From NCBI GenBank assembly GCA_050084515.1, contig CM114271.1, positions 29,450,001-29,514,000 of the forward strand: a DNA stretch of 64,000 nucleotides. Direction: 5' to 3'. Below are positions 38,584 through 51,789 of the stretch, piece after piece (position 1 is the first letter of the stretch; every line of letters starts with the position of its first letter). This DNA is from Blasia pusilla. Its lineage: Eukaryota. Both the position numbers and the translations under genes were made by a program. The notes beneath the pieces were generated by a model that searched no databases, was not told where the DNA came from, and was given only the letters and a program-made list of their open reading frames with translations.

Positions 38584-41500
38584 AGTCGGTATGGTGTCAA
38601 AAGGGTCATGGTAGCACTCCTTCCTACGTGGGGTTCCTTTGACCCGTCACACTCAAGTGCAAACATCTCGCTCCACGCGGTCTGCACATGCTCTGTGGCT
38701 AAGCGTCAAAGCTCCTCAATCAAGCCCTAAAGCAGCACCTCTCCTCCACGGACTGATGCGGCTACCATGACACTCCTCTCCATAGAAATGTCAAGAATAG
38801 GAGTATCCTCTGTATGGACATGTCCCTCAATCAAATCACTAGGCCAAGTGACGGCATTGCTAAATGCTGCTAAGGTCGCCATCTCTCCTGGCCGTCGCTA
38901 GATTACTACACCTGTGAATTGAACAGGTAATGAGCTAAGGCGCCCATCACTTGACTGCCATCCTGGTCTGTAGAACGTTGACTCCTCACAATAATCCAGG
39001 GAAAATCCCATCGGATATAACACTGCTCCACCAACCAAGACATCATAGGACTCTGCATCAATCACTATCGCCTTGGCTTGCACCACGGACTCATTTGTAG
39101 GACGTCTCGGGCAAATCCTCACCACGACCTCCTGTCGGGTGATATACTATATGGTACTCGATCCACCCAAGGATATCTATATTTGGATGGACAACGCTCC
39201 ACATCGGCTCTTGTCAAGCCCAATCCTCTGAATGACGCTTTCCCCAACATCAGGGGTTGCGGCTTCTAAATCCAACAAGGCGCGTTGCGTACTAAAAGCT
39301 CTACCTCCAAGACTCACCAACTGGAAGACCTCTTCCCGGTTATCCAACAACACAACACCAAGAGAAGTCATGGCATGCGCTATCACGGATCTAGCGGGCA
39401 TCTCCGCCATCCTAGGTATCGTAGCGTGCCATGAATCTGACGTGGACGGCCCGAGCATCTGCTCAAAGGGCAGGTCCATCACCTTCTCTGCAATCACCTC
39501 TGAACGTGATGCAAGAACTCCAACTCCATGCTCACATAGTGTAGCGGCCACTTGAAAAGCCTCGGTGGGCTCACCTCCCAACATCATAACATCGGAAGTA
39601 GAAAATAAAGGACTGCGGTATACAACGATGGTCGCCCCCAACAACGTGCTTGACACATGCCCCTCCTGAATCAGCAATAAGAGTCGTCGCACTCACTTCT
39701 CCCATCGCCCTCCGTGCCTGCACACCAACAACATCACCAACTCTCCAAGAACTCTGATCAGGACCCATCAATCGGGTCCTCATCGCCTCGAACAACATGA
39801 AAGACTAAGGAAGCCTGGTCTGTTTCCTATTTTTCCCTCGTTGTGGATCCAACTCTACGGCTGCTCCATACGTCACAACTGCGGCAGCCTCCATCTGGGC
39901 AACCCTGCACATCCAACCAGGATCCTCCATATCTCTAGTTGCTCCATATGATATCGATGCCACAAATCCGTCATCGGGTAACCTCAATGCCATAGCGGCA
40001 ATCTGCACTTGTAGGCGTTGTATCTGAACAGCCATCTCAGCCTCATGCCCGGCGTCTCCCTCGACGCGTCTAGGTGGTAGGACTCTACTTCCTCCACAGG
40101 CGGCTCCATCACCCTATCAGGCAACTCCAGCTCCTCGTCCTCCAACGGGACCAACTGGTGCACGATCTCTAGGCCCACCCGCACTGGCTTCTTGCCTTGG
40201 TGCCCTCTCTAGCCCTCGTTCCGGACGTAACTCAAGGTGTAAATAGAAACACCTGGCGCGTGTATGACCATACCTCTGACAGTAGTCACACTGATAACCT
40301 CGTGGTGTAGCACCATCTCCTCCTCCATATCGAGGCACACGTCCATGACCTTGACCAGTGCAATCATGCTGATGATGGGCTCCACCACATGACCAACAAA
40401 TACTCATAGGTGGATGCTGCTAAGCCGCATATGAAGGCGCAGGTCTCTATGGCACAGCCTCTTGGTATCCTCCCTAAGCTCGTGGTGCCATAGTCGACCT
40501 ATCTCGGAATCCACGTTGCTGCACTCGTGGTGTAGACAATCGTGACTGCTCTTGCCAAGAACCCATGGTGGCTACGCTCTCCTCTGCCATGTTGCGCTCA
40601 ATGTTCTCAGTGGTCCTAAAAACATCTCTCAACGTAGGGGAGATGTTCATAAGAAGCACCCCTCCCGCACATGTGTCCACAGGGTCCGATCTAGCATCGC
40701 ATACCATGACTGGATAGCCTAAGCCTCTATCACCCTGAGTGACGTTGATCAACCGGCGCAAGCGAGTGTAAGCCTCATGCAAACTCTCACCCGGCGCCTG
40801 TGGAAGTCGTGGATGCTCCGCAACTTCTCCGCCTGTACCCCCTAATAGCTCACCCTCAACTCACCGAAGATCTCAACCATGCGGTTGAACCTGGGACGAA
40901 CCCGACTAAACGGTGCAACTGCTCTAGTGTGAATGACCCCTCCTAAAACATCACTAGTGGAAGAGGAAGTAGCCTCTTGTGACTCCTCCTCCTCATCTGG
41001 GAACGGATTTGTCCATGACACATAGTGTGGGTCATAGTAGAGTCGCCATGCCTCAATCTCCTGGGCATATCTGTGGGAGAACTCATGGTAATCGTCCATG
41101 GGCGCCCCCTCTAAATGTTGGAACAAACTGTTCTATGCTGCAAACGGGTTGAACTCTCTAGAGTTCCTAGCCCAATGTGAGTCACACCAACTCCTAAACT
41201 CCGCAATGAAGTTGTGTAGCTCTATAGTGTTTACAGCACCTGAAAACCTACGCAGTCCTCTACTCTGGTCGTCCATCTCGTACGCCCAAGTGGTAGGACC
41301 ACTCAATGTATACGGTGGATCACTAAAACATTCCTCTACACGCTCCCCCTCATCTGAAGACGACACAGAAGGAGATCGAGGTGGTCTCTCACGCGGAGGC
41401 CCTCAAAACCTTGCACCACTCTAGGTAAACCCTCCAGAGCTACTCTCAGGTCCATTACCTCGCCTCTCAAAATCCCGAAAGGATGCAGTGATGACCCTTG

Positions 41501-42160
41501 TGCCCCTCTCTCACAATCACTCTCAACCTCACGTGTAATCACTTGATCACTCAATCTAACATGCGGCACTTAATCTACACTCTCTTACTGAGACGTATAT
41601 TGTGCGGCAACAAGCGACGTGGTGTGGCAATCGCCTACCATCCTATTATCTCATCGACAAGACATACCCTCAACTCTGGACATCCCACACAGGTCTATGT
41701 CCCCTAAACCCATACATCAATGATGCTCTAAGCATATGCACCAAACCCAATATCCCCAAATAACTGCCCAATACCCGTAATTCCCTCACACGTGCAGGGT
41801 AAGAGACTAGAATGGGTAACTTGACAATAATGTCGATATCGCTCCTCAAAAATTGTAATCTCGACCCGAACTCAATCGTGATGGAAACTCCTCCAATCAG
41901 CAAGTCGTACTCCTCTCGTATTGACGTTGCTCAAACCTCTTCGATGTGCGGTGTAGGTCCAGCAGTATGGTGCAGCACAGAATGGCTAGAAATGGCACGG
42001 CACTCAGGAATGGGATGTGGCACTCAGCGGCTTCAATCAGAAATTCACACACTCTTCTCCTTAGTGAAGGAGCGGCTCCACGATCGAGACGATGCGGTAT
42101 CGTGTCGAGAGTCTTTCTTCGAGCAAGGGCGGGCCTTCTAGCTGCAGTAGATGCGGTCGA

Positions 42161-43285
42161 TGCAAGGTGAACTCTCTAACAAGTTCTCCTTTTTCAATAC
42201 AAAATTATGATGTACACTCTCCATTCTCTCACGACAAGTATCACAAATGGAAGTGTCGAGGCGATCACTTCTTCGTAACATCGGACCCCGAAATTCCTAA
42301 CTATAAAATCCCTATAAACTATTTTACGCTTGTACACGAGGAAGATAGCACAACTAGTGTTAAACCCTACTTGAGTAGGCCTATTGACATCCATGGATCG
42401 CTATATAAGGACATACAAAGTACAATCCCATGTCCTTCCATATGTGACGATAGGAAGAATCACCGGAGTTGGAGATTGCATGACCTGGTTCATGAACGCC
42501 TCCCCAAAGTGATAAACTAAATAATGAGTGAACCAGTGCCTATCTACAAAGAGCACCTTGACATGGTAAGGATTGAGGAAAGGAAAGTCGGGCACAGCTT
42601 GTGCTCCACCCCTATCCATGCTTGACAGACATTCTCTACTCTCCTCAAGAATGGGTTTTGGTGGAGTTATTCTCCCAAGAGGGATAATCCACTCTCATTG
42701 GGAAAGTAACAAGCCAAAACATCCACTATTTTAGTATGATTAAACTCCTCTACGGTGACAAATCTCTCATCCCCACACACACACACCACACTCTAGAAAC
42801 CTCTCGAAGAATAGACCATGGTCAAGTTACTCTCCCAAGAGGGGTGATCCACTCTCATTGGAAGAGCAAGCAATCCCAAAGCCATACACTCAAGAGAGAC
42901 ACGAGAGACTCAAGATGTGGAATAGAAGGTGATGAACCCTTGAAGGTCCCTCCTCTTTATATACTCACAAGGGATCCACGAGAGTACGAAATAGAGCTTA
43001 TCTTATCTTGTGCTACATGGCTTCCTCTCAAGGCTTAGCCAATAACATTTTGACACAAGTAGATTTCCTCTTATCTCTTCCAAAATATCCTCTTTTATCC
43101 ACTTGATATTTTCCAAATTACCCCAGCTAACCTAGCCACCAACCAAGACTACTTTTGCTTTTCATTAAAGCAACTACTTTACTTTTATAAAGTTATCTTT
43201 TATTAATTACCTCCTTTTCTAAAGTTGGGCCCGCACTTAATACTAATGAAACTCTATCTAACACTTAATGACGAAGGAATTTACA
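42161..43285 (-). mobile_element. Probable solo LTR of an unrelated family inserted in the leader of copy 2
   Basis: About 1.1 kb absent from copy 1; ends TGCAA...TTACA; TATA-like gagtatataaagagg on minus (~42952-42966); internal ~37-bp duplication. No TSD found. Confidence 0.5.
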
Positions 43286-44253
43286 TACTGATTGATTTTA
43301 CTATACGACAGCGGTGCGGCCATGAGCGGCACGACGCGGAAATCGGTAGCACGTTGCAGCTACGAGCGTGACGACACGGTACTCGATCGTCGTCGTCGAG
43401 TGGCTATCAATCACAACATAGTAGCATGAAATAAAAACTCAAACGCCATAACCCGAGGTCATCTGCCATCATTGGTTAATGACAAAACTGCGATGACGGT
43501 GGCAGCCAAAACAAAGTACGTGGTGGCGACGCAAGTCAGAGAATCATTGGTCGTCGTGGAAGACCCTCCACTCCGTAATGGCGGAAATGGAAACCAAAGG
43601 GTGGAAAACGGCCGAACGCGGCTCTGAGCAGAGCTAGGTAGCGGAAGCAGCCGAAGGCGAACGGCGGACGGTGGGAATCTGGTATGTGTACTATCCCTAA
43701 GTGTGACCCACCTATCGCACAAATTCATCATCTCTTTCTCATGGCTTAAGGTCTTATTCTGAGAACCTTCACCATGTAAAGTGTGGGAGTATGGGCTCAT
43801 TACTTCAAGCACATAAGCACTTGAATCCCTCCTCCTACAGCACCATGAATTTTCTCTCCCTCTACATCCTAGGAATAAGTTTTCTATGCACCCTTAATCC
43901 CTTCTTCGTCCAATGGAGTACATGCAAGGCTATCATCACCACCAACTTTCTGTGCAACCTCATCTAGAGTATTATTATATGTACATGAATTTGAAAGTTT
44001 CATATCTAACCCGATTTTTGGCTCATCTTCCACATGTGGAATTGTAGGAAACTTCCACCAATCATCATCAACGATAGAATCATATATTCCTACCTTATCC
44101 ACATGTTCTTGACTAAAAGTGGATCTTCTCTTCAAGCACCATAACTGCCACTCTACACTATCTAGTAACTCACCACTTGTCTCACATCGACCTTCACTGG
44201 AAAGAAGTGCTTCTAGATCAGCTCGGCTCCCTTGTGGTTCACATGATCATACG

Positions 44254-45520
44254 TGTCACGTCTTTTAGGATAGATCGGTGAGATCTAGTATAGCGCCTTC
44301 GTGAGAAGTGGAGGACAAGCTCAGTAGGTTAAGGATGACCTGCTGAGGCCTGAGCAGGTTTCCCCTTTGTTTCGGCTCATTTGGAGCCATATTGAGGAAC
44401 TTACTATTTTAGGTAAGTACCATTATGAGTATATGATCGACTTTATATTTTTAGTAAGTGGCCCTTGACCTCCTACATTAGGTCAAGAGCCAAGGAGGTG
44501 ACTTATGGAGAGATCTATCCTAAAAGACGTGACTTATGGTGACTTATGGAGGAGCATAGGTTACTATGGAGAGAGCTTGGGAGAGGGGAAGGGTATACCT
44601 CAAGGAGTGAGAGCTCATTCTATCTTTGTTAAACCTCTTGGCATGAGGCGGCGGAGCTATGGTCCCTTTCCTTGTGTGTAACCCAAGCCTCTCATTAATT
44701 AGGAGAGTGGGTTTGGTTTGACATTGAGAGAGACATGTGAGAGTGCACACATGTGAGAACTATGGTGTTGTGAGAGAGATTGGATCTTATTTTACAAAGA
44801 GAGAATGAGTGAGTGAGAGAGCTTCATGGGGGAGCTCGCTGGTTGCTTGATGTTTGGTGTAGGTTGGGGGACGGTGTTCACCACTTTATGGCTCATGGGG
44901 GTGCTCACCGGAGCAAGAGCCATGCGAGTTTGCTGTTTTGCTTTGCTGATTTTTTGTACGGGAGAGAGGCACGCGGAAGGGCTGCCCAATTTTCTAAAGG
45001 AATTGAGTATGGGGGTAGATTGCTCCATGCCAGTGCTCTCGGGAGCACTATGTAGCTTGCTGATTTGTGTTCTCATAGGTTTTAGATTTTTGTTGGGAGA
45101 AATCAGCGCGGAAGCGCTGTCAAATTTTGTGTAGGAGAAAGAGACGTTGGGCTTTACAACAGTCCCCATTAGTTTTTATTGGAATATTTGATTCAAAATA
45201 TAATATTTTTTGACGTAACTGTAGATCGTGAAGCTATGCACGCTGTGCAATAGACAGTGTGCAATTTGGAGTTACGAGCAAAAATATATGGTCAATCTTG
45301 CAAAACTGCCATTGCTAGGTGATTTTTAGGGTTAAATCGTTCAAACCCTAAACCAGCCGCCACGCCGGCGGCGGTCATCGCCGTCATAGTCACCGTCAAT
45401 GGTCAACCGTCACCATCAATAGTTAATCGTCACCGTCAATAGTCAATCATCATCATTAACGGTCAACTATCACCATCAACGGTCTGCCGTTACCATCAAC
45501 GGTCAACCGTCACCGTCAAC
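44254..45520 (+). mobile_element. 5' end (repeat A + leader) of the DNMT retroelement, inverted relative to copy 2
   Basis: Starts TGTCACGTCTTTTAGG; colinear with the reverse complement of 23531-22440; ends in the 20-bp tandem array where copy 2 breaks off. Confidence 0.9.
45391..45520 (+). repeat. 6.5 x 20-bp tandem repeat (caccgtcaatggtcaaccgt) in the retroelement leader
   Basis: Visible directly; a more CpG-decayed version is at ~22430-22505 in copy 1. Confidence 0.85.
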
Positions 45521-47640
45521 GTGAGTGAATCTGAACAAGATGAAGAGGAGGAAGAGTTACCAAATCTTTACGAAGATATGCGAAAGCAACGAATATTGGC
45601 GATCAAGGCTTGTGAAGCAGCCATCTTTGGTAGTACTGATCGTATGTTACATGTACAGTGAGCGTGACTAGTGGGATTTATAGAACACTTGTGACCGTGA
45701 ATGCTAGTAAGCTTTACTTGTAATGTTGTATACATGGTCATTGACTTGTTTCACTATCTTTTGAAGTGTATCAAATACACTAGGCTCTGGTTGGAGAAAG
45801 AGACATACTTCTCTACCCTAAACCCTAAACCCTAACTCCTAAACCCTTTTGCTTACAGGAGATAAAGTCTACATCTCCTTCAAAGAGTGTCATACACTCT
45901 AGAGATTGCACGCTAGTTTCGTTTGGAGGAAATTAGATTGGCGTATTGTCTTCTGATAAGGAGGAGGATTATGATAGACATGAGGAAGATGAACCTTATC
46001 ATGATCACTTACGCAAGCCATGGGTAATCTTCAACCTCTTTTATTCTCAGATGGTGTTGCACTTATGCAAGTGGTGACTTTGTCTGGATAGAGTATAGAG
46101 CCATTGCCATGAAAGAAAATATTCCTTATCTTGATTCTCTTTTGAATATTGCAAAATCCTCCCAAACGCATAAACGGAGGCTATGAAAGAGAAACTTCTC
46201 CCGATGTGCGTCGACGTTAGAATACGGCTTGAGAGGGTAGAGAGAGAGAGAGAAGGGAAATACAGATTGAGCTTTTTACCCATAGGTTGGACTCCATCAT
46301 TAGGACTTGGAGTTATGCTAGGGATGGACATGATCGCCTTGCACTAGGAGGTAGTTCAGATCCTCCTCTATAAGAAGATGGGTGTGGATCCCTTTGATAG
46401 GGATCCGCTTGATCATGTTCAACACCCTAAGTTTAGTGATAGTATAATTAGAACTATTGTAAAAAGTTGAGCAGCAAATACAAAACAAAAGAATACATCA
46501 AACTTGACTATTTCACGTCTCTTCGAGTCAAATATTCTCTAAATCAGAAAAGAAATACTTACAAATGGCACACACGGTTGTTGTGAGGATACACTACTAC
46601 CAGTCCATTGTTATTGTTTTTGTTGTGCATAAGGCCATGAACCATATCCTCGAGGCGGGGGTGTAGCAAAGATTGCATGTGGACAAAGTCCGTGTCCGTG
46701 GACATCTCTATGTCCATGGACTTATGTCCGTCCTATGGAAGGACTTGTCTGTATGGGCCCCACCTTTCCCTTCGTTCTTACTACCCTTACTTGCCTTCGT
46801 GTTCCATACTCCCCCATTTCTTCTTCCTTCCACCTCCACCTCCACTCCCTCCTCCCTCATTGCTCCTCTCATCCTTGCCTTACCTTCCATCATGGACTAA
46901 AAGTGTGGGTCCCACCTCTTGGAACCCATGTCTGTGGACATGTCCAGACTTGTCCGTCCATGTCCGTCCTAAGGAAGGACTTGTCCATTTTTGTGCAACC
47001 ATGGGTGCAAGCGAAAACCACCAACCTAAAGTGGGATTCCATTGCATTTCGGTAGATGGCCATGCCTCACTAGAAGATGGTGGTAAGAGTGTGATTTAAA
47101 AGTCATGAACACCAAGAAGCAAAGGATAAATATTAAAGCTTTCTCGAATTTGCAAGTAAAGTTTATGTGTTCTTTGTGGATATGCAATAACATTATACAT
47201 GAATGTGTGTTTCCATTCTCATTTTTTAGTACCCAACCAGGTGATCGAGGCTTGTGGGCTTTTCAAGGAAGTTACCAATAGATGGATAGAGCTTCACCAA
47301 GGTAGTGAATGTGGTTATAATAGTTAATCAACTATTGTAATATTATTATGTTAAGTTAGCATTTAATCAATTGTTTTGAATTGGTATGTGTGTGGTTGCG
47401 CTGGGGAGATGAAGTACATCTTCCGCAACCAAAGCTCAGCAGAAATATATTGGATCATGGAGTAGTCTCAGGCTTGAGTGGCCGATACAAGTTCTATGGG
47501 AAGGATATCGGTCTGAGTTTGGTGAAGGTGGACCTAAAAGATACAACGCAACCTGATTACCAACTATGGGAACCAAACACAATGGATGAACATGCCCAAC
47601 TCCCACTGAGCGACGTGATGGGGACCTCTATCATTTGACC
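45521..47640 (+). pseudogene. CACTA ORF2 (TnpA-like), 3' exons
   Basis: Acidic exon SESEQDEEEEELPNLYEDMRKQRI; last exon GVVSGLSGRYKFYGKDIGLSLVKVDL...LWEPN...LSDVMGTSII* resembles the EnSpm TnpA C-terminal domain; lies 1.2 kb from the right TIR. Confidence 0.55.
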
Positions 47641-48454
47641 AGAGTTAAATTTTAAAAAGCTTTCTCATTAGAAACTCTGATTTTGATAACTTTCACAACT
47701 TTGGAGATGGCATAAAGACTTTTTCAAGCCATTATTTTACCTTATATGCAGTGTTTCCATTCAATCTCTATTTTGCTATTTTTCATGTTGAAGAGATTGT
47801 GACTCTTATCTATAAGGACTCCTCAGGTTATGGTTGTATTGTACACAGGGTAGTTATGCATGTACACATCCTTCATCTGCAACATTGTGATTATGATTAC
47901 TACATCTTGAACATCTCACTCACTTGTTATTGTTTGGGAGATTTTAGAGACAACAATGCATCCTGAACATCTCACTCGCTTGCTCTTGTTTGGGAAATTT
48001 TAGAAACAACAAAGACTAATAATATCAGAGCGCACTCTTCTGCAAAAAGAAAGTTTTAATGTTCTCATGAAAACAAAATAACTCACGATAATTGTAGTGT
48101 GACCCTTAAAAATAACTGACATAGTCATTTATATGACTAAGCCAGTCTAGATAATAACCAAATCAATCATTGTATATGACTCATCGAGTCCTTAATGTAG
48201 CTATTGTAGTGAGAACAGTACCAATGTAGTCATTTAAATGACTCAACCACTTAGTACATGACTCGTATAGTTATTTTGAATGACTCACTAAGTTGGAATC
48301 ATAGCATTCTATTACCCGATGAATCATAGAATATGACTCATATAGTTAATGATTATGACACATTAATTTCCAGCACATGTCACAATGACTACAGACATTC
48401 CATTTACACGTGTCGTTGTATGATTGCATGATGAAAATGTTATTTCTAGTGTTG

Positions 48455-48818
48455 TGTCACATGGCTGCATGTGATTTGTTATTCAAATCCTACTCAACAT
48501 GCCATATGATTACATGATATGGCAAGTGTAGTTATAACTGAGTCATTTACGACACATGTCGTTCATTGGTGAAAATAATATCATCCTCATGCCATCTCAT
48601 ACGCGGATGTGGCATAGTGACGTGGCACTTACATGTGGTATATTAGTCATACATCAATGACTAGAGCCATTTACCGATTGGATAGCTCCAGTCATTTCTT
48701 GTAAATGACTTGGTTAATATGACTCTAACGGTCAAGAGTCATTCTTAGTCATTTACCACGAAAAGTGACTCGACCTAGTAATTTGTTGGAGTCATAAAAA
48801 CCAAGATTTCCTCTAGTG
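48455..48818 (-). repeat. Right CACTA terminal inverted repeat / subterminal region
   Basis: Ends in ...ctctagtg; imperfect inverted match to 5540-5920. Confidence 0.85.
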
Positions 48819-50112
48819 AGAGGACGATGAGGAGGTGAAAGGTGACTGACATATTCACGAGGATGGAGTGGTCTTGGATTACCTGCATACTGGCATTGTT
48901 GTAAGCATAGTGGGTGCTAGAGAGCGCGATCGGATCCTACAATAAGCCAGACGATTTTGGTGGGAGGGGACACATGTATTACGAGTTTGGCAAGATGGTA
49001 GAGTACGTGTAGTGCCTCATCCTTTGTAGAGAGCACGTTTGGTGTAGCATGCCCACGAGGAGTTGGGTCATTTTGGAGTGAAGCGGACATACAGCTTGCT
49101 GTAGATACAATTTTGGTGGCGATACATGCAGACTAACGTTCAACCGTTTGTTACAAGGTGCATGGTATCTGATCAGGTCCGGGAATCATTCAATGCTCTG
49201 ACTCCAAAATTGCATCCACTACCGATCATGAGTTTAGGTTATAGATGGAGTTTGGACTTTGCAAGACTTTTACCTTTGACGGAGCGCCATAGTCGTTACG
49301 TGTTGGTGATGGTCGAGCACTTCTCAAAGTGGATAGAGTTGATTGCATTGCCTAACAAAATGAGTGAGGGAGTAATATATGCCTTTCTAGATCGAGTGTT
49401 GAGTCATTATGACATACCAGCAGAGGTTTTGATTAACTAGGGTACATAGTTTCGCAGACAGTTGTAAGCCTTGTGTGATCAGATGCTGATTGACCAGGGC
49501 ACCAATTCGTGAGATCATCCTGAGGCGGATGGACTAGCGGAGAGGGTTATGTAGACGATGAAGAGAGGATTACACAACTATAGCTTGCAAAGAGGTCACC
49601 TAGGAGATCGGGACCTCCAATTGCCGTGGTTGGCGATGGGATACACATTCAACAAGCAGACATCCTTAGTGTCTTTCTCATCGTACTTGCTGCTTTATGG
49701 CCGAGAGCCAAATTTACCTGCATTCTTTTGTCGAGATGATGATGTATAGATGCGAGGATGTTCTCAGAGGGCTAAGTTGTTTCGGAGAGTGATGCCCATG
49801 GCGTTTGAGAACTTGGCGATTGCGCAACATCGGGATGTTGTGCAATTGTCATGTATGCGACTATTCGGGAAGGTGGTTATCAACCGACTATCTCGATGTT
49901 TAATCAGGGAGACTATATCTACTTGCAGCAAATAACACCCACGACATTGGATGTGATTACCGTGGAGAGAGTGTGAGAACTCGTTCTCTCTTTGTTGAAC
50001 CTCTTGCAATGAGGCCGCGGAGCTATGGTCCTCCTTGCCTTGTGTGTGTAACCCAAACCTCTCATTTGGAGAGTCGGCTTGGTTTGACATGAAAGAGAGT
50101 AGGCTTGGTTTG
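48819..50112 (+). mobile_element. Fragment of a third copy of the DNMT/PHD retroelement family (integrase + part of repeat A)
   Basis: MQTNVQPFVTRCMVSDQV...RWSLDFARLLPLTERHSRYVLVMVEHFSKWIEL closely matches copies 1 and 2; 49962-50112 matches repeat A. PHD region deleted. Confidence 0.88.
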
Positions 50113-51789
50113 ATCCGACTCCAGATCTGGAGTCGGATCAACATCGCAACACGGAGCATCACAGCACGGAACATAGCGCACCATAGCAAACTGGAGATTC
50201 AACGTGGAAATCATGTCCTTTTGAAAAAGTAAACGCAAGAAAATTTCAAAATTGAAATTCAATGTGCCATCACCATGGTGCTTCCAACATGGGATCAAGC
50301 CATCCCCATGTCATGCCACCCGACGGATATCAAGTGTGCGGATATCCGCCAAGGACCCTCCGTCATTCCCACCGGCCTAATGACGAATTCACGGCCGCCT
50401 AGTGGGCGATCCCCACCCAGCCCGGAGAACCCCGAGTTACAATCAATACGTCACCTTCTCACAATATTGTCCCAAGAGCCATTGCAGCATTTTGAACACT
50501 TGAAATAATGTCGAAGCGTCCAAACAATAAATCAATCTAGTTCTCATTTTACACCACATCAACATGCTTGGACATGTGGAGATTGTGGCGGATCATTGTG
50601 GATAGAGGATGATTCTTGGATGACCTGGTAAAACTTACACTTGTGGGTGAAGAAACGGATATGTCCGGTTAAGTTTAGGGGGATCGGAGAGAGTGACACC
50701 CTCTGAACTAATTTTTAGATCCAGGAATCACTGAAATTTACGAGGATGGGGTTACGTGGTGCAGCCATGTTGGTCGGTGGGATCGAAATGCTCCTCGGCC
50801 CAGTCTTCAAACACAAACCCAGATGTCTAGGAGCTTTAGCGAAGCCTGCTCTGTCAAATATTCGGGTGCGTTCTCATGCCTTACAACAGATACAGAGTCT
50901 ACAGTATTGTCCGCTTGTTGAAGGTCTAGGGAGTATGTAAGTTGTCATTGTTTTGTGATATTCTGGTGAGTTTCTCTCCCCACGTCAATCGCGCATTCAT
51001 GCTTTTCCTTGTTTTTGTGATACCGAGTTTACAATGACTGCAACCCAGTCCTAGGTAGTGAGTTCTAGTGAGTCTGAGAATTACTCTGTGGTAGGTCTTC
51101 GAGTTTTCAGAATCCACAGGTAGTGGGTGTTCATATTCCCATCATTTGTGACTACATCCCATTGTCCTATAGTTGAGATTCGATTGGGCAAGCCGGGGAA
51201 CTAAATGTGTGTGAGACAGGGGTCGGAGAATGTTGCAATTCAGGTCAGAGACTGCATTTTAGGAGGCTTTGTCGATTTAGGGCTGAGTTGAATGAAGAAA
51301 AGAAAGCGTGTCGAATGACTTGATTAGGGACCCTTGCTCCTCTGAAGGGGGACAATGCTGATCAGCTGGTTGAAGCAGATAACTTTATAAGCTCAGCTCA
51401 AGTCATGTGTGACCTGAATCTTTTAATTTCATGAATAGGCTACAGTCGATTTCGAATGGTGATTGGGTCCTGGGCTCTGCCTGTTTACGCACTGTTAGTT
51501 TTGTATCTGATCACGTGGAACGAAAATGTGGTGCACATGAAGTGTGTAGTCCGCACTGCGTAATGTTCATGCATACAATTCCCATGACTGGAACTGGCCA
51601 ATCTGCCTGCGAGAAGTGTTTGCCCTGGCTAGACCTAAACGAGCGTCATGGGTTTGTGGAAAACAGGCGCAGGCAAAAATAGGACAGAGCAGATCATCAG
51701 TAGCCCGTATAGTGTACGGGTGCAACCGTGACTCTGTCAGGAGGATTTCTTGCTCCGCAACTGCGAAAGAGGTTTCTCCAAACCAGTCC

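Larger units (their letters stand above)
33420..43674 (-). mobile_element. DNMT3/PHD-carrying Ty3/gypsy-type retroelement, copy 2 (5' end displaced to 44254-45520 by an inversion)
   Basis: Colinear with copy 1: gag 41366-39280, protease ~39280-38900, DNMT 38583-37590, RT 37150-36332 (CYIDDIVVFS), RNase H 36232-35870, integrase 35600-34700, PHD 34469-34335, then repeat B (34148-34061), 40 bp, repeat A (34020-33510), repeat B (33509-33420). Confidence 0.92.

Noticed and set aside
33420-43674. Classification as a DIRS/Ngaro tyrosine-recombinase element
   Set aside because: A protease and an H2C2 + DDE integrase are evident, RT/RNase H are gypsy-type, and no recombinase motifs were recognised.
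44792-45169. Antisense ORF in the retroelement leader, partly shared with 22714-22932
   Set aside because: Differences between copies include many amino-acid changes and a stop; no domain recognised; DNA similarity alone explains it.
45815-45847. CCCTAAA telomere-like motifs
   Set aside because: Only 2-4 degenerate units; at most a telo-box, not an interstitial telomere array.
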